NCBI GenBank assembly: GCA_963768245.1
Contig: CAVYHG010000021.1
Span: 34,164 to 98,163, forward strand
Direction: 5' to 3'
From: an uncultured Flavobacteriaceae bacterium
GTDB lineage: Bacteria; Bacteroidota; Bacteroidia; Flavobacteriales; Flavobacteriaceae
Length of the DNA stretch: 64,000 nt
In this document: one piece after another, positions 40,501 to 50,346 of the stretch
Position numbering within the stretch: position 1 is the stretch's first letter
Layout of the letters: each line of letters begins with the position of its first letter
Made by a program: the position numbers and the translations under genes
The notes under the pieces: generated by a model
What the model saw: only the letters and a program-made list of their open reading frames with translations
Told to the model about the DNA's origin: nothing
Databases searched by the model: none

Positions 40501-42988
40501 TTAAAAATTTAAGAATTTCTTAGTAAGCCTCTTTCTATCTTCAGTAGTGACATTAATAATCAATAATGAATTACTTAATGAAGACGCATTTAAACTTATA
40601 ATTGCTTCATTATTTGCTTCAATATTGTACAGTTCTCTACCTAACAGATCATAAATTTTAATATTAGCAATTTGAGATTGATCTTTCGTAGATATTTCTA
40701 TGTTATATTCTCCGTTATTCGAAATTACTAATTCATCTGAATCCAAACTCAAATCATTAACAGAAAGAGTTCCTGAGAAAAAGATTTCAAATCTTGAATT
40801 AAATTCTCCCTTATCCAATGTAAAATTATAACCAGCATTAGATAGGTTATGTTCAATATTCAAAAGATTATCTTTTATATAAATGTCATCACGTCATAAA
40901 GTCACCTTCTAATTCCGCTATGAGATAGTGTAAATTCGGTTTCACCCTCATAGTGTTTTTTATACCTATTGGTATAATTTCATTAACATTTAAGCTATTG
41001 TATCTCTTCCTTGTATTGCAAACTTTCTTGGACTATCTTCAATTACTGGAATATATGATTGCCGAAGATCCTGTTGCAAGGTTTCTAGGTGCATCATAAT
41101 ACATTTCATCTTTCAAATTCGTTGCGCCTTCTGCATAACCAACCAACATTTGATTAAATATCCCATCTTGGGTTGTTAATTTAATTGCAAAGGTATTATC
41201 CTCTTGATCATCCAACCTAAAAAATTGATCATTGTTACCTGTTACTCTCATAGAGTTATTAAAAATGACATTCCCAGTAGATGAAAGTCGAACATCTGAA
41301 TAGGATATAAAAAATCCCTGTCCAGATGGAATAAATCTAGATGGTGCTGTACCATCTCCACCTTCGTCTCATTGTCTCTGGTGGCATTCCTATTCTATTG
41401 ATTATTGCATAGTCAGAACTTACAAAATTATGATTTTCATTTCCATTATTCGTTCCAGCTGGAAAGTATTTTGCGACCACAAGTAAACGGCACCTGTTAA
41501 CGTTCCATCAGAAGGATTAGGAATATAATTGTTTTCAGCAAAAAACAAATCGATATCAATTGCAGAAGGATATGGATTTCCAATAAAATTCCAGTTTATA
41601 TCTCCCATTTCAATTGGTGCCGAAGTATTTCTCAAAACTGGCACAGATACAACACCATTGTTAAATTGTCCATCAAAGGAATATATAAATTGATATGGTA
41701 GCGTTTCCGGTGGTGGCAGGAAAAAAATTGACTCCTCATGGTGCGATGCATAGCCTACACCTGGCAACATTTCTGTTACTGAAGATGTAAATTGCCAGTC
41801 ATCTCCATCATCGTCAATGTCATCATATCCTAAAACTAAATTATTATCATTAAAGTTTCTCCATATATGAATCCTTAAAATTGCCTGCTTCGAACTTAAA
41901 ACGTCTAGTTGGATCTGAATCCGATAAACCTCCCGCAATTGTCTCACCAGAAACTGGTGAACTCCAATAAGTGTATTCATAATAATTATTCATTGGGGCT
42001 GTACGCTTATTCACGGTAGCAGAACCAATCACATTTGCATTATCATCTATTTGAACAACAGAACCCCCATCATTAACTACGAAAGTACCGATAGTTGTAA
42101 TATCATTTTCAACAGATATATAATCTCCATTCTCAACTCTTAATGATCCATTTAATGTTACCGTTAAACTACAAGCCTCAAAACTACCTGGCAAATCTGC
42201 AGAAGTATCATAAACTCCGTCAATTATAACTTCAGAAGTTATAACCGGATTCCCATTATCCCAATTGGTACCATCCCAAGTTGTAGTTGTAGCACAACTA
42301 TAGCAACCATAAGTACATCCTCCTAAAGCCACTACTGCGCTCATTGCTTCTCACCCAGTTGGTGGGTCGGTTGAAACCGCAGTTAAGATTAAAGCAGGAT
42401 CTACGGTTACGGTACAGTCGATATTTTCCATTATCATAATTCACCAAGTAAACGGCATTATGCTCCGTTGGTTAAACCGGCGTGGTAAGGCTGATGTTTG
42501 TACGGTGACTAGCATCTAGACCAACCAACTCCGGGACCAAAATTGAATGGCATACAAAAATGATGGTACGACTCTCAAGTCCTTGATAAGCCAAAATTTG
42601 GTCTCCATTTGTGTGCCAAATTAAAACTAGGTTATCATCTGCTACTAGTTCCTACGTGATGCAACATAAGCCGAGTACTTAGACCTACTCGGAACACTAA
42701 CTTCAGTTCCACACGGTAAATCTGTTGTCAGCAGTCCAGACTAAAACTTCCTTCACCAAGCTCTAAAACTTCCAGATGTCTGCCAACCATTATCTGTAAA
42801 CTTTATTTCTGTTGTGGCTTGACATCTGTTAAAAGAACAAAGGTGAACTTGTCTGGACAGTCAGATTGATATCCAGTTATTACAATATCACCAGCACTAA
42901 GGTTGGTTTGCGAAAATCCAAAAAAAATCGAGCATAAAAATGTTACTACCAGTAACAGCTTTTTATTGTTGAGGGTAAAAGCTTTCAT
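40501..42988 (-). pseudogene. large secreted surface protein with T9SS C-terminal sorting domain, many frame breaks
   Basis: Signal peptide fragment 42803-42988. Internal fragments 41850-42344, 41420-41980 (WNFIGNPYPSAIDIDLFF) and 41039-41251. The CTD lies in 40501-40863 (IKIYDLLGRELY...LIINVTTEDRKRLTKKFLNF). Confidence 0.7.
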
Positions 42989-43077
42989 AGATTAATTAGT
43001 TTATTGATATAAGATCCTAAATAATTAATTACATAAATATAAAGGCTAAAGAAGTAAATTTGTATTATTTTCGATGA

Positions 43078-43560
43078 ATGCACAATAAATTGATACATAC
43101 TGTAGATGAGGCACTTAGTAAACTGGAAAATTATTGCGTTTATCGAGAGCGTTGTCATAAAGAAGTAGAAAAAAAGTTGTATGAGCTGAAAATGATTCCG
43201 GAAGCCAAAGAAAAGATCATCCTGCATTTAATGGAACATGATCTTTTAAATGAAGAACGATATGCCAAGGCTTTTGCAAGGGGGAAATTCCGAATAAAAA
43301 AATGGGGGAGACAACGTATTGTCAGAGAATTAAAATATAAGGGGATCTCCAAATACAATATTGATTCTTCCTTAAAGGAAATCTCTGAAGATGATTATTT
43401 AGTTACATTTAATGAATTAGCCGAAAAAAAATTCAATTCTATTACAGAATCCAACAAGAACAAAAAAAAGAAGAAATTAATAGATTATTTGCTTTACAGA
43501 GGTTGGGAAAGTCATTTGATATATGATAAAGTAAACGAGCTTTTTAAGAAATCCCATTAA
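43078..43560 (+). CDS. recX: RecX-family regulatory protein
   Basis: 160 aa intact. ALSKLENYCVYRERCHKEVEKKL... is typical of flavobacterial RecX. Confidence 0.8.
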   Translation: MHNKLIHTVDEALSKLENYCVYRERCHKEVEKKLYELKMIPEAKEKIILHLMEHDLLNEERYAKAFARGKFRIKKWGRQRIVRELKYKGISKYNIDSSLKEISEDDYLVTFNELAEKKFNSITESNKNKKKKKLIDYLLYRGWESHLIYDKVNELFKKSH

Positions 43561-43586
43561 GCTTATTTGTTCTTATAATAGCCTGT

Positions 43587-44468
43587 TCATTCTTCCAGTC
43601 TATCCATTTTTGACCTTGTAATGCGTCTCATAGCATTATCAAAATTTCGCATAACGAACACATTATAAATTGCCTTCCCTAAATTTTTAGGATTTCTTGC
43701 TATTGCTCGTAAACTCATAGAAAAACCTGGAGTTAGATACTTCATATAGTGCCAATACCCTTCTGGCATATACAGCATCTCGCCATGTTTTAAATTGGCA
43801 ATGTATCCTTTAGCATGTTTTAAGGCTGGCCATTTTCTAAAGTCCGGATTTGAAAAATCAATATCTTCCCTTGGAATCAATGAATGTGGAATTTTATATA
43901 AGTACTTACTTTGATCTTGATCAAACAGAATACATTGCTTTTTCCCTTCAAAATGAAAATGAAATATATTGGCTAAGTCAATATCATAATGCATGAAAGT
44001 ATGAGAATTTTTACCTCCAAAAAACAACATTGGTAGACCTTTCATAAGCTTCAACCCAAGATCAGGATACTCAAAATCATTTTGTAATTGTGGTACTTCT
44101 TTTAGAATATTCCAGAGAAAAATTCTGTATTTAGTAGGTTCTTTTTTTAGCAGATCGATATATTCACTCATTTTCATTTTTGCATGAGCTTCATTAAAAC
44201 CTTCTTTATAATCTACAGGCCTATCATCATATAGCGGAACAATTTTATCTCCGGCTATTTCTTTCATATATTCCAAATTCCATTTGGAGTAAGCTGGCCA
44301 ATCTTCAATAAGGGATTCTATAACCACAGGTTTTTGTGGTTTGAAATAGAGCTTAGTAAAATCCTCCTTAGTAATATTTTTTACACGAGGAACATTTTGA
44401 AGATTTAGTTTCAATTTTATAAAATTTAAGAGAAGATCAAAGTTAATAAAACGGGCTTGAGATTTCAA
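43587..44468 (-). CDS. cupin-like / JmjC-domain protein
   Basis: 293 aa. Cupin_8-like sequence with HxD...H metal-site candidates (FMHYDIDLANIFHFHFEG...WHYMKYL). Confidence 0.72.
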   Translation of the reverse strand: MKSQARFINFDLLLNFIKLKLNLQNVPRVKNITKEDFTKLYFKPQKPVVIESLIEDWPAYSKWNLEYMKEIAGDKIVPLYDDRPVDYKEGFNEAHAKMKMSEYIDLLKKEPTKYRIFLWNILKEVPQLQNDFEYPDLGLKLMKGLPMLFFGGKNSHTFMHYDIDLANIFHFHFEGKKQCILFDQDQSKYLYKIPHSLIPREDIDFSNPDFRKWPALKHAKGYIANLKHGEMLYMPEGYWHYMKYLTPGFSMSLRAIARNPKNLGKAIYNVFVMRNFDNAMRRITRSKMDRLEE

Positions 44469-44509
44469 TATCTCGATAACTTAGATATTAATCTATTCCT
44501 ATAAAATCT

Positions 44510-45454
44510 TCAAAAAGCTGAATAGAACTTCTCAGGTTCTTCCAAATATGGATTATGACCACTTTGTTCAAACATAACAAATTTAGCTTGTGGCATAAAC
44601 TGTTTATATTGTATTGCAAATTCTGGTGTGGATACACCATCATATCTGCCAGCTACAATCAAAGTTTTCGCTTTAATATCTTTTAATTGCTTTCTAAAAT
44701 CCTGATTTATCATACTTCCACTCACATCAAAATCTCCATCTTTACCTATTATAGCAACATAAACATCATTTGCCCAATCTCTATGCTCTATTTTAGGTGA
44801 GTTTTGAACTAACTTAGTATTATGATAATAAATATACTTGGTTGGAAAATTACCATAAATCGATTTTAATGGTTCTTCACTTGAAAGATATCCTAAAGCT
44901 CTCAAAGAATCTACTTTTATCCATTTTTCAGGGAAATGTGTTTTTGCATAATGGTTATAGCTATCGCAATTGGCTTGCCACATGGCTCCACTATGGAACC
45001 CATTTATTAAAACCATCTTATCTACATTATCAGGATATTTGATAGCATAAGCCTGAGCAGGAACTGTTCCATAAGAATGACCAACTAATGAAATTTTATT
45101 GAACTTTAACTTAATTCTGAGTTTCTCTATTAAATCAACATCCTTCTCGACTGAATATTCAGATACATCCTTGGCATCATCACTTTTTCCTCGTCCGAGC
45201 CAATCAAAAAATACCACTGTATTTGATTTGTAATATTGACCGAAATTTCCTTGCATATAATCATGAGAATTTCCGGGACCTCCAGGTAAAAAGAAAATTG
45301 GTTCTCCTTCACCTTTTATCTCAACATTTATTTTATAACCATCAATTTTTATGAATTTCGATTCGAATTGATCAAAAATATTAACAGTTTTTTGAGAAAA
45401 GCCAACTTGAAAACACGAAAGTATAAGTAGAAAATGGAGATATCTTAACTTCAT
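44510..45454 (-). CDS. secreted alpha/beta hydrolase (proline iminopeptidase-like)
   Basis: Likely start MKLRYLHFLLILSCFQVGFSQ (signal peptide). The track ORF extends to 45493. Nucleophile elbow VGHSYG. Confidence 0.78.
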   Translation of the reverse strand: MKLRYLHFLLILSCFQVGFSQKTVNIFDQFESKFIKIDGYKINVEIKGEGEPIFFLPGGPGNSHDYMQGNFGQYYKSNTVVFFDWLGRGKSDDAKDVSEYSVEKDVDLIEKLRIKLKFNKISLVGHSYGTVPAQAYAIKYPDNVDKMVLINGFHSGAMWQANCDSYNHYAKTHFPEKWIKVDSLRALGYLSSEEPLKSIYGNFPTKYIYYHNTKLVQNSPKIEHRDWANDVYVAIIGKDGDFDVSGSMINQDFRKQLKDIKAKTLIVAGRYDGVSTPEFAIQYKQFMPQAKFVMFEQSGHNPYLEEPEKFYSAF

Positions 45455-45527
45455 AAATAGTCTTATTTTATCAAATATAAGCATAACTGGCAAAAGTTGA
45501 TTTAATATATTTCTTTAGTAAATATTA

Positions 45528-45565
45528 TTGTTTATCGATAATTATTATATATTTGTTATCGTTAA
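45528..45565 (+). promoter_or_regulatory. two operator-like boxes upstream of the DUF2975 cassette
   Basis: TTGTTTATCGATAA (45528-45541, contains the perfect palindrome TTATCGATAA) and TTGTTATCGTTAA (45553-45565), 25 bp apart and 20-55 nt before the first ATG. Confidence 0.3.
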
Positions 45566-45583
45566 ACAATAATTAAATGAATT

Positions 45584-46090
45584 ATGAGAAAACTGGTTAT
45601 ATTAAAATCATTAATAGATTTTCTATGGATTATCACGTGTATTCCTTTAATTCCAATAATGTTGTTTTTTTCAGTCTATATGTTCTTCAATGATAATATA
45701 CTTAAAATCTTTAATGTTCTTGAGGAAGGTGTTATTATTACACCATGGTCTTTAAAAGTCTTGGTTCTGTTAGTAATGTCTTTGGTATTAATTTCTATTT
45801 ATAGTCTTTATTTGTTCAGAAAAACATTGCGTTATTTTCAACAGCGTAAACCTTTTGATTCTTATGTAATTAAAACATACAATAAAATAGGAAACCTTCT
45901 TCTTTTTTCGGGAATTGTAGGATCTATATTGAATTTCATTTTCCTTCTTGTTTTCAAAGGAAAGTTTATGATTAATATTGGTTTAAGCCCTTATCTTTTT
46001 GTGATTTGTTTAGGACTGTTTTTTATGGTGTTAAGCGAAACTTTTAAAATAGCAAAAACAGCAAAAGAAGAAAACGAATTAACAATATAA
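45584..46090 (+). CDS. DUF2975-like 4-TM membrane protein (copy 1)
   Basis: 168 aa intact. C-terminus ...SETFKIAKTAKEENELTI. Confidence 0.6.
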   Translation: MRKLVILKSLIDFLWIITCIPLIPIMLFFSVYMFFNDNILKIFNVLEEGVIITPWSLKVLVLLVMSLVLISIYSLYLFRKTLRYFQQRKPFDSYVIKTYNKIGNLLLFSGIVGSILNFIFLLVFKGKFMINIGLSPYLFVICLGLFFMVLSETFKIAKTAKEENELTI

Positions 46091-46092
46091 GT

Positions 46093-46617
46093 ATGAAAGA
46101 TAAAACAACAATCCTTACCATTATTACCTATGGCATCTTATTGTCATCAGCATCTATATTACTTAATGATCTACGAGAATTTGATTTTCAGCAATTTCAA
46201 GAATTTCAAAACTGGGCTAAATCTGCAAATAAAGATGAACCGTGGTTTACTTCCCAAAATGCTATTAAATGGAGTTACTATATAATAAGTGCTGGAATAT
46301 TTTTTTGGAGAGCCTATCTAATTTATGGTTTTACCTACTTCATTTCTATTTTAAAAGAAATAGAAAAAGGCCATTATTTTAGTGATAAGAATATTAATTA
46401 TTTCAAAAAGATAGGCAACATATTTATTGTTTATACTATAAACGTACTTGTCTTTAGATTCTTATTAACTGCTATCAATGGTGCAGATTTTAATGTCCTC
46501 CATCAATTTAAAGAGGAGTTTACTTTTCTAATTCCATGTGGATTGGCATTTTATATGTTAGCAGAAATCTTTAAGCGTGCAAAAGAAACAGAACAAGAAA
46601 ACGATTTAACAATATAG
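46093..46617 (+). CDS. DUF2975-like membrane protein (copy 2)
   Basis: 174 aa intact. C-terminus ...AEIFKRAKETEQENDLTI. It starts 2 nt after the copy 1 stop. Confidence 0.6.
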   Translation: MKDKTTILTIITYGILLSSASILLNDLREFDFQQFQEFQNWAKSANKDEPWFTSQNAIKWSYYIISAGIFFWRAYLIYGFTYFISILKEIEKGHYFSDKNINYFKKIGNIFIVYTINVLVFRFLLTAINGADFNVLHQFKEEFTFLIPCGLAFYMLAEIFKRAKETEQENDLTI

Positions 46618-46619
46618 CT

Positions 46620-46826
46620 ATGCCAATTATAGTTAATCTTGATTTAATGCTGGTTAAACGCCAAATGAAGAGTAAAGATTTGGCAGAAATAATTGGTATT
46701 ACAACAGCAAATCTTTCTATTTTAAAATCTGGTAAGGCTAAGGCTATTCGGTTTTCTACATTAGAGGCTATTTGTAAAGCTCTGGACTGTCAACCCAGTG
46801 ATATTTTGGAGTATGTTGAAGAATAA
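46620..46826 (+). CDS. small XRE/Cro-type HTH transcriptional regulator (YozG-like)
   Basis: 68 aa intact. NLDLMLVKRQMKSKDLAEIIGITTANLSILKSGKAKAIRFSTLEAICKALDCQPSDIL. It starts 2 nt after the preceding stop. Confidence 0.8.
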   Translation: MPIIVNLDLMLVKRQMKSKDLAEIIGITTANLSILKSGKAKAIRFSTLEAICKALDCQPSDILEYVEE

Positions 46827-46847
46827 ATCTCGTCTGTTAAGCTTTAA

Positions 46848-48663
46848 TTAAAATTTATACTTCAATCCAAATAACATATTGCCTTTAGGCATAGGCACTA
46901 AATTAGTTTCTGTGTACTCTGTATTAAATATGTTGTTTGCTATTGCTGAAATTTCTAGCCCAGTGATTCTAAGAGTTAAACTTGCATCAACAACTGTATA
47001 ACTCTCTCCCGATGTTCTTTCAGCGTGTTTTACAGTGATAGATTGAAACAAATCATTTATGAATTGAGTATTAAGAGTTGATGTTAGATGATGTCTTAAA
47101 GAGTTGATTGAATATCTGGAAAAATTAATATCAAGCTCCTTAACTTCATCTTCAATAAAAGTGTATCCAACATTTATTTTCTGATCAAAACCACTAATAC
47201 TAAAATTGTAAGACCCATTTAATTCAAATCCAATAGTGTTTAAATCTCTAATATTGGTTGCTTGCCAAAGATCTCCTTCATTCTCTTTGACATAATCAAT
47301 CAAATTACTTGAATCTCTGTTAAAAAAAGCAAACGAAGCATTTAAATTAGACCCGAAGTACTTTAATCCCTAACTCTTGCGAAATAGCTTCCTCAGGATC
47401 TAAATTTTCATTACCAAGTGTGGTTGGATCACTATAAAATAAATCCGTATAAGTAGGAATCCTATACGTATATCCCAGATTGGCATATACTTTTATTCTT
47501 TCATTAATTTCATACCCTAAATCAATTCCTGGAAACGCATGAAATTTAAAATCTGAAAAATAGTTTACTGCGATACCAGGAATAACATCAAGCTTATCAT
47601 TCACAAAACTAAATTTGTGTTCCAGAAAAATATTAACCATTTCCCTCTCTCGATTACCCAAATTATTACTCCTTAAATAAACTTTAGCCAAATCTATTCC
47701 AAAGCCTGTTATACCCAGTTTTGATTCATATGATGTATTTATTTCTGCTCCAACCTTATTCGTAATATGAAGGTTTCTATAAATTGCAGGGTTTTCTCGA
47801 ACAAAAACATACATGTCCTGATTTCGCCTCCAGTATATTCTTGGCTTTATTTTAAACTTTCCTGTTTTGTAAGAAGTTGAAACACCTACCAAACTGGTCT
47901 GGGTTTCTTCATATTGATTGATAGCCGATGGTGATGCATAAAATCCGTTAGCACCAAATTTTCGTTCCGTAAAGTAGGCAATGGCATCAATGGGATTTTT
48001 GTTTTTATTTATACTCCCTTTCAAAAAATAATTCTGATTTTGAAAATCTGTATTATATCTATATCCATCAGAAGTGTTTACGGATGCATGACCTATGATA
48101 GATCTATTCTCAAATTCTTTACCTAAAGTTCCAGTAACATTTTGCTGCCCATAAGATCCAAGCTGATATCCTAAGGCATTCACTTTGGACGCATTTTTTT
48201 TAGTCACAATGTTAATGGCTCCTGTAAATGCATTTTGCCCAAATATCCTTGCTGCAGGACCTTTAATTATTTCTATACGTTCAATAACTTCAATAGGTAA
48301 GGCCATATTCATGGTATGATGACCTGTTTGTGAGTCTTCAACTTTAATTCCGTCAATTAATAATAAAGTCTGATCAAAACTTCCACCACGAATATATAGA
48401 TCGGATTGCATCCCAACTGTACCTCTACGCCTGATATCTATTCCCGCATACTGTTGCAGTAGATCCGTCACGTTTGTCACGCCACTTGATTGGATATCTT
48501 GAGTTGTAATAACAGAAATTGTTCTCGAATTTTCAGAAAAAGGAATATCAATTCTGCTTGATGTTATGATAACTTCTTCCAATTCCTCTGGCAAATTATT
48601 CTTCTGAGAGAAGGTTAAAGTATATACAAATAGAAATATTAATAAAAATCTTTTCTTGTACAT
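46848..48663 (-). pseudogene. TonB-dependent receptor (about 600 aa class), one frame break near 47320
   Basis: Fragments 47347-48663 (signal peptide, plug, barrel) and 46848-47303 (barrel ending ...FGLKYKF). Confidence 0.8.
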
Positions 48664-48982
48664 ATAGTTGGTTAATAAGCTGGCAAATTTATAAAATAGC
48701 TACTTTAAAAAAGCCTTATTTGGAATTATTCTAAATATTTAACAATATAAGAAGGAAAGAATGCTGTTATCAATGCGATATAAAATGCCAGTAAATTGTA
48801 TAATCTATTATGAAAACCTTAATGCACTTTAAAATATTTTTTTAAGATTTCTTTTTATCGATATACACGAGTCTTATAATGACATATTTTTAATGTCCAT
48901 TAGTGAGTTCTTATAATTTAAAGAAGTACTCCATTATTCATATATAATTAATATATTTCAACTGAAATTAACCAAATAAACC

Positions 48983-50293
48983 ATGTCGGAACCAACTAAT
49001 AAAAAAAATAAAAATCTTATTCCTATTTTAATAATCGCGGGATTATTCTTCATTTTCGGATTTGTTACATGGATAAATGGAGCTCTGATTCCTTTTATGA
49101 AAACTATAAATGAATTAACTGAGGCTCAATCCTATTTTGTGGCAACCGCTTCTTATATTTCATTCGTTGTGATGGCACTCCCGGCATCTTACATCTTAAA
49201 AAAGATTGGTTACAGAAAAGGAATGTCTCTTGGATTAATTGTAATGGCTATTGGTGCTTTAATTTTTATTCCAGCTGCCGGAGCCAGAACTTATTGGGTA
49301 TTTTTAACTGGAATATTTATTCAAGGTGCGGGAATGACAATTTTACAAACAGCAGCTAATCCTTATATCACAATATTAGGACCAATCGAAAGTGGTGCAA
49401 AGCGAATTGCTATTATGGGCATTGCCAATAAAGTAGCAGGAGCATTAGGATCATTAATATTTGGTGCACTTTTACTATCGGGAATTGATGATATTAAAAA
49501 CAAATTAACTGTAGTCTCTAATGATGAAAAAATTCAGCTTTTAGATACAATGGCAGACAGTGTTGTAACCCCATATATGGTTATGGCAGTTGTATTGGTT
49601 TTACTAGGGTTATTAATTAGGAAAGCACCATTACCACATGTTGAAGCTGAACCAATTGAGGAACCAAAAGATGGAGAAATCTCAAAATCAAGTATTTTTC
49701 AATTTCCGCATTTGTGGTTTGGAGTATTAACCCTTTTTGTATATGTAGGAGCAGAAGTTATTGCTGGCGACACAATAATTGCGTATGGAATCTCATTAGG
49801 GTTTTCAGGCCAAGACGCTAAATTTTTTACCACATTTACCTTAATGGCTATGGTTGCCACTTATGCTTTAGGTGTATTCTTGATACCAAAATATATAAGC
49901 CAGAAGAAGGCTTTGGTTATAAGTGCTTTATTAGGTATTGTTTTTTCTATTTGCATTTTACTTACAAACGGATTTACATCTGTACTTTTTGTGGCTGCAC
50001 TTGGAATCGCTAATGCTTTGGTTTGGCCAGCTGTTTGGCCTCTAACCTTAGATGGACTTGGTAAATTTACAAAAACAGCATCCGCTTTATTAATAATGGC
50101 CATCTCAGGTGGGGCTATTATTCCTCCGTTGTATGGAAGATTGGTAGACACTAGTAAACATGAATTCATTGCTAGTGGTTTGACTGAGTCTGATGCCTTG
50201 GCAATTGCTTCTACAAATAGTTATTGGATTTTGCTGCCTTGCTATGCTATAATTTTATACTATGCCGTTGCTGGACATAAATACAAGAAATAA
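48983..50293 (+). CDS. MFS sugar transporter (FucP/GluP-like)
   Basis: 436 aa intact, 12-TM MFS, glucose/galactose-fucose permease-like sequence. Confidence 0.75.
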   Translation: MSEPTNKKNKNLIPILIIAGLFFIFGFVTWINGALIPFMKTINELTEAQSYFVATASYISFVVMALPASYILKKIGYRKGMSLGLIVMAIGALIFIPAAGARTYWVFLTGIFIQGAGMTILQTAANPYITILGPIESGAKRIAIMGIANKVAGALGSLIFGALLLSGIDDIKNKLTVVSNDEKIQLLDTMADSVVTPYMVMAVVLVLLGLLIRKAPLPHVEAEPIEEPKDGEISKSSIFQFPHLWFGVLTLFVYVGAEVIAGDTIIAYGISLGFSGQDAKFFTTFTLMAMVATYALGVFLIPKYISQKKALVISALLGIVFSICILLTNGFTSVLFVAALGIANALVWPAVWPLTLDGLGKFTKTASALLIMAISGGAIIPPLYGRLVDTSKHEFIASGLTESDALAIASTNSYWILLPCYAIILYYAVAGHKYKK

Positions 50294-50346
50294 AATGTAA
50301 TTTCTTAATTGTAAATTCAGATCAAATACATTTATATATGTCAATT

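Noticed and set aside
509-42988. Programmed ribosomal frameshifting, RNA editing or an alternative genetic code as the explanation for the many broken genes.
   Set aside because: The breaks are both +1 and -1. I saw no shared slippery heptamer or downstream structure. They occur several times within single genes and hit proteins never known to be recoded. Stop codons of all three types terminate intact genes normally.
42985-43227. 80-aa minus-strand ORF upstream of the T9SS cargo gene, and the 94-aa ORF at 14552-14836.
   Set aside because: They are Ile/Phe/Tyr-rich translations of AT-rich intergenic or antisense DNA. They overlap recX and aat respectively and have no recognisable features.
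43540-43640. Possible frame break at the C-terminus of the JmjC-cupin gene. An alternative frame reads ...QGQKWIDWKNEQAIIRTNKLNGIS and would overlap the recX 3' end.
   Set aside because: Both endings are plausible and I have no ortholog to compare. I kept the uninterrupted ORF as given.
48664-48982. Possible riboswitch (cobalamin or other) in the 319-bp region upstream of the small BtuB-sized TonB receptor.
   Set aside because: I could not find a B12-box or any other conserved aptamer core on the minus strand. The region is uniformly AT-rich and reads like a divergent promoter region. A covariance-model scan would be needed to be sure.
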